Origin: Fimicolochytrium jonesii
Lineage: Eukaryota
NCBI RefSeq assembly: GCF_025526975.1
Contig: NW_026515673.1
Coordinates: forward strand, 682,001 to 746,000
DNA: 64,000 nucleotides
Reading direction: 5' to 3'
In this document: in pieces, positions 61,611 through 64,000 of the stretch
How positions within the stretch are numbered: the stretch's first letter is position 1
How the letters are laid out: each line of letters opens with the position of its first letter
Notes under the pieces: model-generated
Told to the model about the DNA's origin: nothing
Seen by the model: only the letters and a program-made list of their open reading frames with translations
Databases searched by the model: none
Translations under genes and position numbers: made by a program

Positions 61611-62247
61611 GCTAGAAGATGGCGTATGGGAAATCTTTATAGAACATATTGGCGGTACATTGGAAACTTTGCTCACGTGGAGGCTTTCTGGAGGCTATCT
61701 GGGTCGTAATGTGTCAAGGTCGCCTCCCGACCAAAATGTGTGTCAAGGTCTGTCAAGGTCGCCCATATGCGTGAGTTGTGATCTGGTCACGTGATCATGC
61801 GGCGAACAGCTCCCAGAGCTCCCACGAGCGAGCTCAGACAAGCTCCCTAAACACGCAGCAACTCTTCGCACATCGTCTGCGAGACAACGCACCCCTTACC
61901 CTTTCGCTCGATACCAACGCTCACCCGATCTACGGTTGTCACCATTCCGTGTCAAGCAATCTATCAGCAACCCCTACCCTTGTCCTGCTTTTCGCTGCGC
62001 GCCGATTCAAGTGACAGCGGAGCCTTAACGGTTGGTGGGCAATCTCAACTCCCGAAAAGGTATCGGACGCGTGTAAAAAGAAGCAGAAGCTTTTGCTGGG
62101 CATTGGGAGGAGTTCTCCATCGCTCCGAATAGTTGCTGAGGCTCTGTTTGCTTTCTTCCGAACTGTTTGCCGTCGCACGAACAGGAAAATCCCCAGCAAT
62201 AGCAATTTTGGAATCCTGCACCCGTACCATAAACCGCCTGCCTTAAA

Positions 62248-63566
<1,319 letters not shown>

Positions 63567-64000
63567 ACTGGTTCGGTTCATGTGACCCAGTGAAACCCCT
63601 TTGCAAACAATGCTCAAACCTGTAAAACGACGACACAAATGGGGAAGTGCACTCGTGTCTACTCATTGCATGTGGCGCACCCCATTCAACAAAACTGGAA
63701 GCCTCGACATTTTAGTTATCGAAGAGCTACATTCCCCAGTTGTAATTCTTCACCCGCTTTCCCGTGTGATTGGGAGGCGGGAGGGGCATCGATTAGTCTG
63801 GAATGGCAAAAACCCCGATTGTGTCTCGTTTTTGTGCGTCCCGTGTTCCTACCCCATTTCTCCCTATAGAAATTTTGTTCTTTCTCATTTAAGCCGTTGA
63901 TTTTGAGGACTTGCTCGTGGTTGTCTGTAATTCTTTCTGAGTTCTGTTAGTAAGTGGGACTGACATCGGCTATCAGCTTGCCTTACTGTTCTAAGCCGAG

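Overview
Intron-rich eukaryotic DNA, by inference from a zoosporic fungus (chytrid-like): it has short GT-AG introns, a fungal Zn2Cys6 factor, and Tubby and Frizzled-CRD 7TM genes. About 25 mostly housekeeping genes are recognisable: an RA/PH-domain AGC kinase, PP2C, Tubby, fatty-acid hydroxylase, GPALPP1, SEH1, bHLH, SDE2, UTP23, NOP56, a DHHC palmitoyltransferase, a Zn2Cys6 TF, calnexin, a BTB protein, HemK/MTQ1, V-ATPase c, a Frizzled-like GPCR, RhoGEF, BCAS3, DUF1349 and PP2A-C. There is also an intron-containing tRNA-Met. Between these genes lie accessory patches. The richest (about 51.2-56.5 kb) is a mosaic: a Fanzor2/TnpB-like RuvC-zinc-finger fragment joined to a copia protease fragment, an apparently intact spliced PD-(D/E)xK (HsdR-N-like) nuclease gene, an MRPS5 fragment, an internally inverted gypsy gag-protease remnant, and a frameshifted Pro/Asp-repeat surface protein. 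Other notable items are a Mutator-like MITE with a 9-bp TSD and TTAGGG motifs, an AGC kinase lacking both usual phospho-regulatory motifs, and a strong alternation of C/A-rich and G/T-rich blocks over the first 9.5 kb. No intact novel multi-gene system can be demonstrated from this window alone. All family calls come from motif recognition by eye, not database searches, and exon boundaries were read manually, so they are approximate.
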